NCBI GenBank assembly: GCA_963741955.1
Contig: CAVUKB010000004.1
Location: forward strand, 128,001-192,000
Reading direction: 5' to 3'
From: an uncultured Acidobacteriota bacterium
GTDB taxonomy: Bacteria; Acidobacteriota; Thermoanaerobaculia; Gp7-AA8
Length of the DNA stretch: 64,000 nucleotides
The notes under the pieces were generated by a model that saw only the letters and a list, made by a program, of their open reading frames with translations, was not told where the DNA came from and ran no database searches. Each line of letters starts with the position of its first letter. Position 1 is the stretch's first letter. A program made the position numbers and the translations under genes. Shown piece by piece: positions 1 to 11,506 of the stretch.

Positions 1-3000
1 CGCAAAGGCGTACTCGACGTCCTCACCCCGATCGGTGGGGGACTCCAGAAGGGGTCATGCCTCCAGCGGTGGGCGGGACTCATCGTGAACGACCCGGCGT
101 CCGGATACCTCCTGAGCCGGTTTCAGGGCGTCAACGACGAATTCACGGAGAAACATCACCCGAACCCGTTCATTCGATTCAGCTCGGCCGACTATTTCGA
201 CTGGACTGTCCAGGCAGAAGACAACACCATCGGACTTCGGGGATCGGAACCCGGCACGAACGTTCATCGTGAGTACGCGCTGGTCGCCGGTGGAGACTAC
301 GGGCTCCTGGTGGTCGAGATCGGTGGCGATCCCCTCCCGAGCAAGGCTCCAGTGACTCATCCGCTCGATGCGGTGAACCTGGTCGACGACATCTGGTTCC
401 CTGCAGGGGCCTATGCCGTTCGAGCGATTCCCGGTACCTCGATGGCCGCAGTCCTCGATGGGAAGCACCGGCTGCTGCTCGTCGACCTCTCGAGGATCGA
501 CGAACGGTGGGACGAAGGCGTCGGGCCGAACGATTTCTTTCCCATCCCGGATGCGGCGATGAAGAACAAAGGTGGGCTCCCTGACGAGGTGGGTGTGGAC
601 GACCCACGCATCATCTGGAAGTCGAAAGAGGACTTCATCGCTGGAAGCATTGCGCCGATCGTCGACCCGCGCACGGGCATCGTTTACGCGGGCGATTCCA
701 CTGGCAAGAAGGTGAAGATCGGGTCAGTCCTCGATCCGCGGGTACGAGCACTCGCAGATCCCGATGGCACGGGACAACTGCGGGAGGTTGGCTCGGTCTT
801 TGGCCTCGGAGTGAAGACCCTTCTCGCTCTTCCTTCGGTCGGTGGGCTCTCGGCGTTTCGATTCGAGGTCGATCTTCCCGGAGGCGTCGCTCAGTCGATC
901 TCGGATCACAAACTCCACTTTGCCGTCGAAAGTGAGCGCCTCCCGGGTGTGGCCGAATTGCAGACCGCCGCTCCATGGCCGCTGTCGAGCCTCCGACTGA
1001 CTACACGTTCCGGTGAGGCGGAGCTGACCGGCAGGCAGACCGATATCGTTCTCGAGCAGGAGCTCACGAGCGGATTGACGCCGGAGGAGGTGGCGGAGCT
1101 CGCCCCGATCCTTCGAAAGCAGGAAGGATCCGCGCGATTCGTCTCGCCCTGGATCGTGGTCCTCGCAGATCCGCGTGCGAGCGAAACGGCGGCCCCACCC
1201 GTGGGCGGCCTTGCCGCTGCCGGATGTGAGAACTGCGTGCGGCCCGAGGCGCTTCGGAACAAGAGTCGAAGCGATGGCGTGTACGAGATCATGGCCACCG
1301 GCCCGCGGATTGCGATTCGTCCCGAGTGCGAGCTCGCCGCAGGATGCAACAACGTATTCGCGGGAACCCCGTACGAATATCTTGGCCAGAAGGGGAGACT
1401 CGAAGCGGTCCTCCAGACCACTCCCGCCGATACGATTCGCCCGACGGAAGCGCTCGTCGCCGCACAGAACCCTCCCGTCGCCGACGGGATGTTCCAGGAC
1501 GCGATCTATCTTCACAGTGGCGAGCTCGAGACTGTCTCGACGGACCTTGATGCGGGAGGTCGCGCTGGCTTCGAGGTCACGATCGATCGCTTCTACCGAT
1601 CGCGATCGATGGGAATGTCCCCGCTCGGCAATGGATGGGACTCGCCGCTGTACCGGCGTTTGCGGCAGCTTCCGGATGGGAGCGTCGAGTACCGCGACGG
1701 GGCGGATGTCTGGATCTTCAAGACCGGCGACGCCAGCACGGGAGTGGCGGACGTTCTCGCATCGATCGTTCGTCCGACTCTCGTCTACAAGTCACCGGCC
1801 GGACTCGATCTCAAGCTCGTCGCGAATCGCGACGGATGGGTCCTGATCGACCAGCAGTTCCGACTCACCCGATTCGACACGACCGGGCGCCTCGTCTCCG
1901 AGTCGGACGTGATGTACGACCCGAACAAGCCCGGGTCGGGCAACGTCATTCACTATCTCTATGATGACGAAGGTCGCCTCGCGCGCATCGTCGATCCTGT
2001 TGGGCGAGAAACGACGCTCACGTACTGGCACTACGGCGACGACCCGGCGAGGCGCTACCCCGGCCTTCTCGCGAAGGTCACCGACTGGCGTGGCCGTGAG
2101 GTCGAATACGACTACGATGCCGAAGGTCGCCTCACGGACGTTCGGCTCCCCGAAGCCGCCGCAGCGGACGGCGTTCCGTCGAAGTATTCCCATAGCCGGT
2201 GCGGCGCGCCCCGTGATCCACTACACGTACGACAAGACTCCCAGCCAGATCGCGTCGGGTCTCGATGCCCAGCACTCCCCGGAGGTCCTCGACTCGATGG
2301 AGTTCGTCGGAAATCTCGGCAGCGAAACGGATCCTGCCGAGGTCGCGTCCGGCGGCCCGCCGCGAGTGAGCTACACGTACGGCGCCGCTGGCGACGCGCT
2401 CACGCGCGACCGCATCTCGATCCAGCACTGGCCGTGCGGAAATCACGTCGGTGGTAGCTGCTCGAACCTCGACGCAACGCTGTCCTGGACCGCTTCGAAC
2501 GCGGTCAAAACGACCGATGTTCTCGGGCAGGTGCGGGAGTACACGCTGACCGATCCCGCGAAGTATGACGAAAAGGTTCACATCGGATCGATCAAAGCGT
2601 CCATACCAGCCATCGACTACTCGAACGGATTGCCGGAGGTAGCGCAACCTTCCCTGACACCCACCAGCGCCGACATTTCTATGAGTTACGAGTACGACGA
2701 CGCCGGAGAGATCCACATTGCCGACTCGTCCACGGGCCTCAAAACGCAACTCGACCACAAGGCGGCGAACAACGGGGCATCGGGCGAGCTGCTCTACGGA
2801 ATTGTTCAGATGGCACCGTCAATCGGTCAGTTAATCGCGAGCGTCGGTTACGACAATGTGCATCCGACCTCATCGAACGTGCTCTTTCAGATTGGGCGTC
2901 CGGATGCGGCGACAGGCAAGGATGTTTTTCGTGAACTTTCCATCGGCACACGCGATCGATCGAGCATCGAGCGCACCGATGCGGGAACGAAGAGCACCAC

Positions 3001-6000
3001 GAGCTTTGATGATGCCGGTCGTGTGAAAGAGATCAAGACGGTGGATGACCAGGGTACCGTCACTCAAGTCACGAAACTCACGCCGTGGGGCGATACCGAT
3101 GGCACCCTCGCCATTGCACGGGGCCGAAATCACGTGGTCGACTCCGGAAATGGGAGCGTCGTCACCGAGATCTCGTACCAGGATGGTCCCGGCCACGGAA
3201 TGATCGTCACCGCGACGGACCAGAAGAATTCCGCGGAGACGGTGACCTCGTATGACGCGGCCGACCGGCCCATCCACGTCGTCGTGACCGGGCCGAGCGG
3301 CACTCTGAAGGACGAGACGTACGGCTACGACGCGTCGGGACGACTCGCCTTCACGCGCCGCAAACAGAAGGGCGTCGGCAACGTCACCAGCGAAACGACC
3401 TTCGACGCGATGGGCAGGGTCGTCAAGACCACCCTCGACCAGACCTCGGTAGGTGGCTCGCTGCAGAATGTCTCCGCGAGCAGCAGCTATGACCTTTCCG
3501 GCCACACGATCCTGACCGAGCCCCTCCACGCAGGTTCCGCTCCGTACACGACGGAAACTCAGATCGACACACTCGGTCGAGTGGTCAAGCGCACCACGAA
3601 CGGCACAACGGACGGAAGCCTCATTTCGGTATTCGGCTACGACAAGCATGGGCAGCAGAGCTATGTCTCCGACACCGTGCGCACCGCAGAGATCCGGCAG
3701 TTCGACGATCTCGGACGGCAGATCGGCTCCGCCACATCCGATGGTCGGAAGACAATTACGACCTGGTCCGCCTGGAACGAGCCGCTCGAAACCACCGAAT
3801 ACGCCTCAGATGGTTCGATCTCCAGCCATGACAAGAACATCTTCACTTCTCATGGCCGCCTTCGTGCGACCAACGAGGCAATCGTCACGAATGGCGCTGC
3901 CCGGCAGTCCCGCTTCAGCTGGGATGATGGCGACAAGACTCACGGAACCTCGGTCGCACCGATCGCATCGATCGACACGATCAATCTCACCGGTCCGAAC
4001 CGTCGGGCGGAATCCGTAGTCGACGACGCCGGACGCACGATCGCGACGCGAATGGGGCTCGGTAACGGCATCGCGAAGTCCCTTCTTGATGACGGCTCCG
4101 TGATCTTCGGATCGAGCGATACGAACTACCTCGGTACCCTTCCCCTGAGCGTCACGACGAGAGAGCCACTGGCGGGAGCCCAGTACGCGACCACGACGTC
4201 CTATGATGTCCTGGGCCGCCCGATCGCCAGCACCCTGGCGGGCATCTACACGACGAAAACTGAATGGGACGAGGCCGGCGATGGCCTCAGCGTCACGCGC
4301 CCGGGGACGAGCCCCGAAAGTGCGACGTATGACTCCCGTGGCCTCGTTCTCACAAGGACCCTTCCCGACAACGAGACGCAGTCGTACCAGTACGACTCCC
4401 TCGGCGGCGTCACCACCTCCACCGACGAAGCCGGTGAGCCGACGATTTACACCCGCGATGACCTCGGGCGCGTGAAACTGATCCGCTATCCCGATGCCAC
4501 CACGGAGGAGACCCAGTACGAGCCGGTCACGGGCGCGGTTCTCGCGCACAAGAATCGCGCCGGCACCTGGCTCTCGTACGCCTACGACGCTGCGGGACGG
4601 GTGACGGAAGTGCACGAAGGCGAGGACCCTGCGAACGGAAAACTCCTCGAGAAGTACCAGTACGACGCCGCCGGACGTCTGCAATTCGCGAAGAATGCCG
4701 ACGCCTGGATCGAATACGCGGATTACGACCTGCTCGGCCGCCGGCACACCACGCGCAGCTACCGGCTCGCCGGCGATGGACTCGCGCTCACTGCGACGAC
4801 GCTCGACATCCACACGCAGAGACACGACTGGAACGTTTACGACGAGCGCTCGTCGTGGCACATGCCGGTCAACGGGTTCGAAGTTCCCAACGACGACCCG
4901 AATCTCCCGTGGCTCCAGACGATCGTCGAGACTCGGGATGCCGGATCGAATCTCGTCGGGCAGGCGAGACCTGACGGAACGCTTCTCACCGAGGCCACTC
5001 CCCGCGGCGCGGGGCGCGTCAAGGATCGCACGGTGCATCTTGCGGGAGGCTCGGTGGCCGTGACCTCGTTCGCATTCGAAGACGGCAATCCGGTTCCCCC
5101 CACCGGAGATGAGATCCCGGGTCTGTCGTGGCCAACCGGTCCGTCCACAGGGTTTCCTCTCGGCGACATCACCGAGTCGAATGGCACCGTGATCTCCGGA
5201 AGCCTCCTCGATCGCGATTCGGCCGCCCGGGTCGCGAAGATCGATCTCGCCGGGCTCGTCTCGCACGAATCGAGCTTCGGCTATGACGGTCGGGGACGCC
5301 TCCAGCAGTCGCTCCTCATTTGGCCCGACGGAAAACTTGATTCAGCACCGAAGACGATCGACACGTTCGTCCCTGCCGACTTCCTCACTCTCCACGAAGC
5401 TCCTTCGGCACTCTCTACAGCGCAGAACCAGAAGCTCGGGGAGAAGGCCTGGTCGATCGAGCCCGCAACCTGGAGCGCCTCGCGGCGGACCGGCGGACGG
5501 ATCGGAACGCTTACTCTTTCTCTGCCGGGTCTGAACGAAAGCGCCCGCACGTTCCAGTACACCGGCGGCCGCCGCACCTCCGACGGAGTCTGGACTTACA
5601 CGTGGGACGATTTCGAGCGGCTCACCGCGATGGAGAACCCCTCCACCTCGCGCCGTATCGAGTTCCGGTACGACACGAGCGGCCGCGTCATTTCCCGTAC
5701 CGCGTATCGGATCGGCGGCACGGAGCCGCTCCTCGAAGACCGTGGGGACATTCTCGCGAAAGACGGGCTTCCGGCCGACACGACGTTCGTCTGGGATCCG
5801 ATCGCCGACCGTCTCGTGGCCATCTTCGAAGGGCGCCAGACACTGGTCCCCGGCGGCCCGAAACCGTACGACGGTCTCCTCCGCCAGATGCTCCATGGCG
5901 ACCAGGGGTACGACGATCCGGTCGAGGTCCTCAAACGCGTCGGCGGCAGCTCGTCGTACCCCGAGGTCGAGCACTTCTATCCGGTGGTCGACCACTCGGG

Positions 6001-7645
6001 GACCGGATCCCTCCAGGCGGTGCTCGGCGCGGACGGCAATCTCATCGAGCGCGTCCTCTACGGCAGCGCCTGGGGAGCGAAGCCGAAGTACCTCCAGGGA
6101 CCGATGGTCGAGAACGCGAAGCTCGAAGCAGAGAAGGACGGGAGCGGGAATCTGAGGAAGGTCACCGCCGAGATCCGGCTGACCGAGAAGATCGCCGAGA
6201 GCTCGCTCCCGGGCATGGGGATCCATCTTCTGAAAGCCGACGGGAGCGAAGCTGCGCCGCCCACCGGCTCGCTGACGCTCGACTCGAAGAGGCCGAACGT
6301 CCTGGTCTGGAGCGTGAGCGGAGCCGAGTGGCAGTCGTGGACGAGTGCGAGCGGGGCAGCGACGCTCGAGATCGCCGTCACGGACCAGCTCCGTGCCGAA
6401 GGATGGGGCGACACGCCGGTGATGCCCGCTCCGGAGTGGGCGACGACGCTATATGGTGTAAAATCGAGTGCATCACGACCGTGGCAGCGTCGCGAATCGC
6501 TCGCGACGCTCGCCACCGAGCTCTTTGACAAGACCGCGGCCGGTGCGACCCGCGACCGGGAGATCTACGACATCCCGGATCTCTATCTCGCCGCCTCGCC
6601 CGACTCAAAGACGCAGCTCCTGACCGGGTTCAAAGCCTATCCCTTCACCGAACCCGCCTCCGGGATGGTGTACGTCCGCGCCCGCTGGTACGACCCGGAG
6701 ACCGGAACGTGGCTCTCCCCCGATCCGCTCGGCTACCGCGACTCCTCGAACCTCTACGCGTTCGCGGGCGGGGACCCGGTGAATGAGACAGATCCGACGG
6801 GTCTTGCTCTGTACGCTTTCGATGGGACGTGGAACGACCGCACCAAGATGCAAGGGCATGAGACGAACTCTGCAAAGCTGTTCGATGTGTACGGCGGTCC
6901 AAACAAACAGTACGAAGTCGGGGTCGGGAACAAGTGGTATTCGTCGTGGGTCGGCGGGGCTACCGGGTTAGGAGGGCGTGCTCGGCTGAACGAGGCTTAC
7001 AAAGCTCTCGAAGAGTTTTACAATAGCGGCGATCATGATATCGATATCATCGGATTCAGCAGGGGCGCGGCCGAGGCGCGTGAGTTTGCGAATCTGATCA
7101 ACGAACGCGGCGTTTACAACCGGGCGACCGGGAAGGTCGACCACCCGCCGGTTCGCTTCCTCGGGGTGTTCGATACGGTTGCTTCATTTGGCATTCCGGG
7201 GAATGACATCAATCTCGGTTACAACTTGAAGGTTGCGCCGAACGTCCAAACGGCCCGGCAGGCGATCGCCGCCAATGAGTACCGCGGTACATTCCCGTTA
7301 TCGCGCCTAGAGAATCCGAAATGCCCTGACCCGCGCGTTGAGGAGCAGCCCTTTCCGGGCTCACACTCTGACGTTGGCGGCGGATACGAAGATAACCAGC
7401 ACCTTTCTCGCGAAGCATTGAAATGGATGTGGGCGCAGATGAAAGCGGCTGGTTTGCCGGTTGATGAGCTTTCAGAGGAGGATCTCAACGACACTGATCC
7501 TGCCAAGGTCCATAAGTCGTATCGAAGCTGGATGTCGATTCCGACTTGGGTCAGGGTCGCGTGGGCTCATCACCAACGCCGGAAGCCGAGCCGAAAGACA
7601 TATTACCCACCCTGCACGCAACCGAGGTTGGAGGCAGGACGCTGA
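1..7645 (+). CDS. Giant Rhs/YD-repeat polymorphic toxin (5' partial, stem family A) with C-terminal DUF2235/Tle1-like alpha/beta-hydrolase toxin; +1 frameshift near 2190
   Basis: Frame is open from base 1. DUF6531-like segment (IYLHSGEL...RFYRS...LGNGW), many YD repeats, Rhs core RARWYDPETGTWLSPDPLG...DPVNETDPTG. Tip has FDGTWND, GFSRG, GVFDTV, FPGSHSDVGGG. ORFs 85-2457 and 1961-7645 join if one C is removed from TTCCCATA (~2189-2191). Confidence 0.9.
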
Positions 7646-7653
7646 GGGAGATC

Positions 7654-8007
7654 ATGAGAACTTTAGGGCTGATGCTGACGATGGTACTGATCACCTGCGC
7701 ATCGACGCCGACGTACAACGTCGTTTTGCGGAATGCGACGGCCGAAAAGATTACCGGCGCCCACGTCTCGTACGCCGGTTTCCGATCAGTTGGAGGGGTG
7801 CTCGTCCCGGGTGCGATGGCACGGCAAGCACTGGTTCAGAAACCTGTACCTCAAAAAGCGAAAGTTGAATGGAGAACAGCAGACGGGCAATTGCACGTCA
7901 AAGAAGTCGCTGTGAAGACAGCAATCCCCGAACGGTTTTCCGGGGACATCACATTCGAAATCTTGGATCACGAACAGGTACGTGTCTCGGCTCAGGGCGG
8001 CGGTTGA
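7654..8007 (+). CDS. Putative Tli1-like immunity lipoprotein
   Basis: Directly after the toxin stop, GGGAG RBS, signal peptide ending in lipobox-like LITC. Confidence 0.75.
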   Translation: MRTLGLMLTMVLITCASTPTYNVVLRNATAEKITGAHVSYAGFRSVGGVLVPGAMARQALVQKPVPQKAKVEWRTADGQLHVKEVAVKTAIPERFSGDITFEILDHEQVRVSAQGGG

Positions 8008-8084
8008 GTGGGATAAGATCGCGTCTCGCAGTAGCGGGACCGGGTGCCTGGAAGAGGGTGTCGTGGCTGCGCCGGGAGAGAAGA

Positions 8085-8720
8085 GGGGTCACAGCTTCCC
8101 TTCTATACAGTTCCAAGGCAGCGTCAGCGTTAGGAGTGGCTCATGGAGCTTGCTCGCATCTATCTTTCGATCCAATGATCGGAAGATCGGGGCCAGGCCT
8201 TGGATTCTCGGGAGAAATGGGGTCACAGCTTCGCTTCTCGGTCCGATCCTTCAGATTTGCGGTCCGACGCAATACTGATGGGTGGCTGTTGGCCGGTCGC
8301 GGGACCGTTGGGAAGGAAGAGGGTCAGGGGGCTTCGCTCGTCGGTCAAGTCGATCGGAAGAGGTGGGTGGCGAGATGCGTGACGGTCCGAGTCGCGTCCG
8401 ACCTGCACCCGACGTGCGAAAGACAGGCGACTTGCGCTGGTTTTCGCGCAACGACCGGGATTTCGGCCGATCTCGGACAGAGCTCCGCCACGTCGATTCA
8501 GATCGATCTTCGGTTTTCGGGAGGCGGAGCCCGCCTCAGAACGGTGGTGGGCCGACTGAGTCGCGGATGATATCCGGGGGCGGAAGCATCGGCCAGATCG
8601 GAAGCGGACGCGCCGGAGGGGAGTCCGGAAAATGAAGAAAATGAAGGGTCAGGCCTGCGTCTCTCGCTTATTCCTCTAAGTAACCGAATATACGCGAGTT
8701 ACTCGTCTGTTTGTCGCGCG
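8085..8720. repeat. Cluster of GGGGTCA end motifs (8085, 8189, 8219, 8321, 8646) with 3'-tip relic of Y1 transposase (8536-8630, minus)
   Basis: Repeated GGG(G)TCA(C/G)..CTTCG. Minus strand encodes PIWPMLPPPDIIRDSVGPPPF, as at 15682, 44004 and (diverged) 51637. Confidence 0.75.
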
Positions 8721-8729
8721 ACGGGACTT

Positions 8730-8939
8730 GATGCGGCCCTTTCGCGGCGTTGTTGAGTTCTCGGATGTTCATCCACTGCTCCTGTTCGATCACTTGATTC
8801 CTCCGCCCTCCGGCTCGCTCCGCTCGCCTCCGGACGGAGGAATCATCACCCAGCACGGTTCTCCCCGGCGGAGCCCCTTCCCCTCAGGTGGTCAACTTTT
8901 ACTTCTTCGCAGTGTGTCACTTTTACATCTTCATCGACA
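8730..8939 (-). mobile_element. IS21-family left-end relic with start of istA
   Basis: Minus strand begins TGTCGATGAAGATGTAAAAGTGACAC..GTAAAAGTTGACCAC (TGT end plus internal repeats), then VIEQEQWMNIREL. Abuts Rhs sequence at 8940. Confidence 0.6.
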
Positions 8940-8940
8940 C

Positions 8941-10812
8941 GCGATCTTCGAAGGGCGCCAGACGCTGGTCCCCGGCGGCCCGAAACCCTACGACGGTCTC
9001 CTTCGCCAGATGCTCCACGGCGACCATGGATACGACGATCCGGTCGAGGTCCTCAAACGCGTCGGCGGCAGCTCGGCGGCCCCGGAAGTCGAGCACCTCT
9101 ATCCGGTGGTCGACCACTCGGGGACCGGCTCCCTCCAGGCGGTCCTCGGCGCGGACGGCAACCTGATCGAGCGCGTCCTCTACGGCAGCGCCTGGGGAGC
9201 GAAGCCGAAGTACCTTCAGGGACCGCTCGTCGAGAACGCGAAGCTCGAAGCAGAGAAGGACGGGAGCGGGAATCTGAGGAAGGTCACCGCCGAGATCCGG
9301 CTGACCGAGAAGATCGCCGAGAGCTCGCTCCCGGGCATGGGGATCCATCTTCTGAAAGCCGACGGGAGCGAAGCTTCGCCGCCCACCGGCTCGCTGACGC
9401 TCGACTCGAAGAGGCCGAACGTCCTGGTCTGGAGCGTGAGCGGAGCCGAGTGGCAGTCGTGGACGAGTGCGAGCGGCGCGGCGACGCTCGAGATCGCCGT
9501 CACGGACCAGCTCCGCGCGGAAGGGTGGGGGGAAACGCCGGTCATGCCGGCCCCCGAGTGGGCAACAACGCTCTATGGTGTAAAATCGAGTGCATCACGA
9601 CCGTGGCAGCGTCGCGAGTCCCTCGCAACGCTCGCCACCGAGCTCTTTGACAAGACCGCGGCCGGCGCGACCCGCGACCGGGAGATCTACGCCATCCCTG
9701 ATCTCTACCTCGCCGCCTCGCCCGACTCGAAGACGCAGCTCCTCACCGGCTTCCAGTCCGCTCCCTATGTGGAGCCTGCGAACGGAATGGCGCAATTCCG
9801 CGCGAGATGGTACGACCCCGAGACCGGGACGTGGCTTTCCCCTGATCCACTCGGCTACGGAGCGTCCGGGTCCAATCTCTATAGCTACGCTCACGCGGAC
9901 CCGGTGAACGGTAGAGATCCGACCGGTGAGCTGTGCGAGACGAGCAACGCATCGGGCGTGTTCAACTGGCTGCAGCGATGCGGCGAAGACATGTTCAACG
10001 TGCAGCAGGACTTCAGCGAAGGCATCCTGCTGCACCCGTTGAAGACCGGCGGTCGCGCAGTCGCCGGTGTGGTCGGCACGGGGAAGATGATCGGAAAAGC
10101 GGCCATCGGTATCACAGCGATGGTTGTCGATCAGCAGCTCGCGCGAACGGGCGACGTGAACGCGATGATGCGCCAAGGCCAGCGCGTCATGGCGATGGGC
10201 AACGCGCTACGGCATCCGATCGACACGGTGGTCAAAGCGCATACCGACATGGCGGAGAACGTACTCGCTCACGAACAGAAGGGCGAGTGGTTCCAAGCGT
10301 CAATCGAAGCCGGCGAAACCGGTGCGGCCGATGCGGCGGCGATAGCTGGCGCGACGGAGATCGGTATCAGTCTTGGACGCTTCGGCACGCGATTACTGAC
10401 GCGCACGGCCGCGATTGAGTCAGGCGCTGCAGGCGGTACGGCAGCGGGCGCCGAAGCCGCGGCCGGTCCGACAGGCGACATATACAGCGTTATGTATCAA
10501 ACGGAACTGAGGAGCACGTCGTATCCCGGTTTGTCACGCGCAGCGCACTTCCAGGAGGCGAATGAAGCCCTGCTTACAACGATGGAAGCAAACCCGGAGT
10601 TCGCGACCGCATTGCGGCAGGCGGGCGTTAATCTTGAGCGAACACCGACAGGCCTTGCGCCTCGGACTTCACCTCAAGGTTGGACCTGGCACCACGCACA
10701 GCAGCCTGGTGTCATGCAGCTCGTGCCGCGGCTGCAACACACGGCAGGCAGTATCTTCTGGGACGCTTTCCATCCAGGAGGTATCGGCGGCTTCGCAATT
10801 TGGGGGAGATGA
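8941..10812 (+). pseudogene. Orphan Rhs-A cassette with WHH (HNH/EndoVII) nuclease tip
   Basis: Near-identical to 5819-6800. Tip GWTWHHAQQPGVMQLVPRLQH...FHPGGIGG. No native 5' end. Confidence 0.85.
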
Positions 10813-11090
10813 TGACGCTGCTGGAGGTGACGGGGAGTCTCGCTTCGCTCGACGATGCAAGCACGATCTATGCGGCCGAGCCGTGGACGCCGGAGTCGGC
10901 CGCGGTGGTTGCCGCAGAGCCTCTCGGCGGCGGCGTGCCTGCAGAGGCCGGGCACCTTGGGTGCAAGTACTTTCTCGAGGTCGTGATCGCGCGCGAATTT
11001 CTGGATGGATGGAAGATCCATTTCGCCGGCACACCGACTATAGCCCAACAGTGCGAACGATTGATCCAGTACGCAGTCACCGACGCTTAA
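10809..11090 (+). CDS. Putative immunity protein (93 aa)
   Basis: ATGA overlap with toxin stop; small protein with KYFLEV motif. Confidence 0.75.
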   Translation: MMTLLEVTGSLASLDDASTIYAAEPWTPESAAVVAAEPLGGGVPAEAGHLGCKYFLEVVIAREFLDGWKIHFAGTPTIAQQCERLIQYAVTDA

Positions 11091-11373
11091 CCGTCAGCGG
11101 CATGACAGCGCTGCAGAAATCGCAGCGGCGCTCGGCGCGCATTAACAAGTCCTACCGAACGACGTACGGGCGGTTCACGAGATCGGTCATCTCGGGTCCT
11201 TTGTAATAGGGCTTGGGATGCCGGGCGGATGTGTCGATCCGACGGGAACGTCCGGATGGTGGTCGACGAACGTCGGGTGGCTCGACGAAGAAGGATGGCG
11301 AGAGTTCCGGGGTCTGATGAGCAACGAGGCCGGAAGGCCGACCGGAGCCGCCTCTGGGACCAAGCTCGTTATC

Positions 11374-11506
11374 GGGGCCAGGCCTTCGATTCTCGCTTGC
11401 GTGTGTAGCGACGCCGACGGAGCGACGTGCTCTGCCTCTGAGAAGAGATGGGTCAGGGCTTTGCCTGTCGGTTGTCCATCGTAACTCACTGCCGCAGCGT
11501 CACTTA
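11374..11506 (+). repeat. Two GGGGTCA end motifs; second carries a TAA-N19-TTA box (11482-11506) abutting Rhs-B coding sequence
   Basis: GGGTCAGGGCTTTGCCTGTCGGTTGTCCATCG TAACTCACTGCCGCAGCGTCACTTA; near-identical copy at 24937-24995. Confidence 0.75.

Noticed and set aside
11091-11370. Possible further toxin fragment (VDPTG) after the immunity gene
   Set aside because: Too short and degenerate to support a call.
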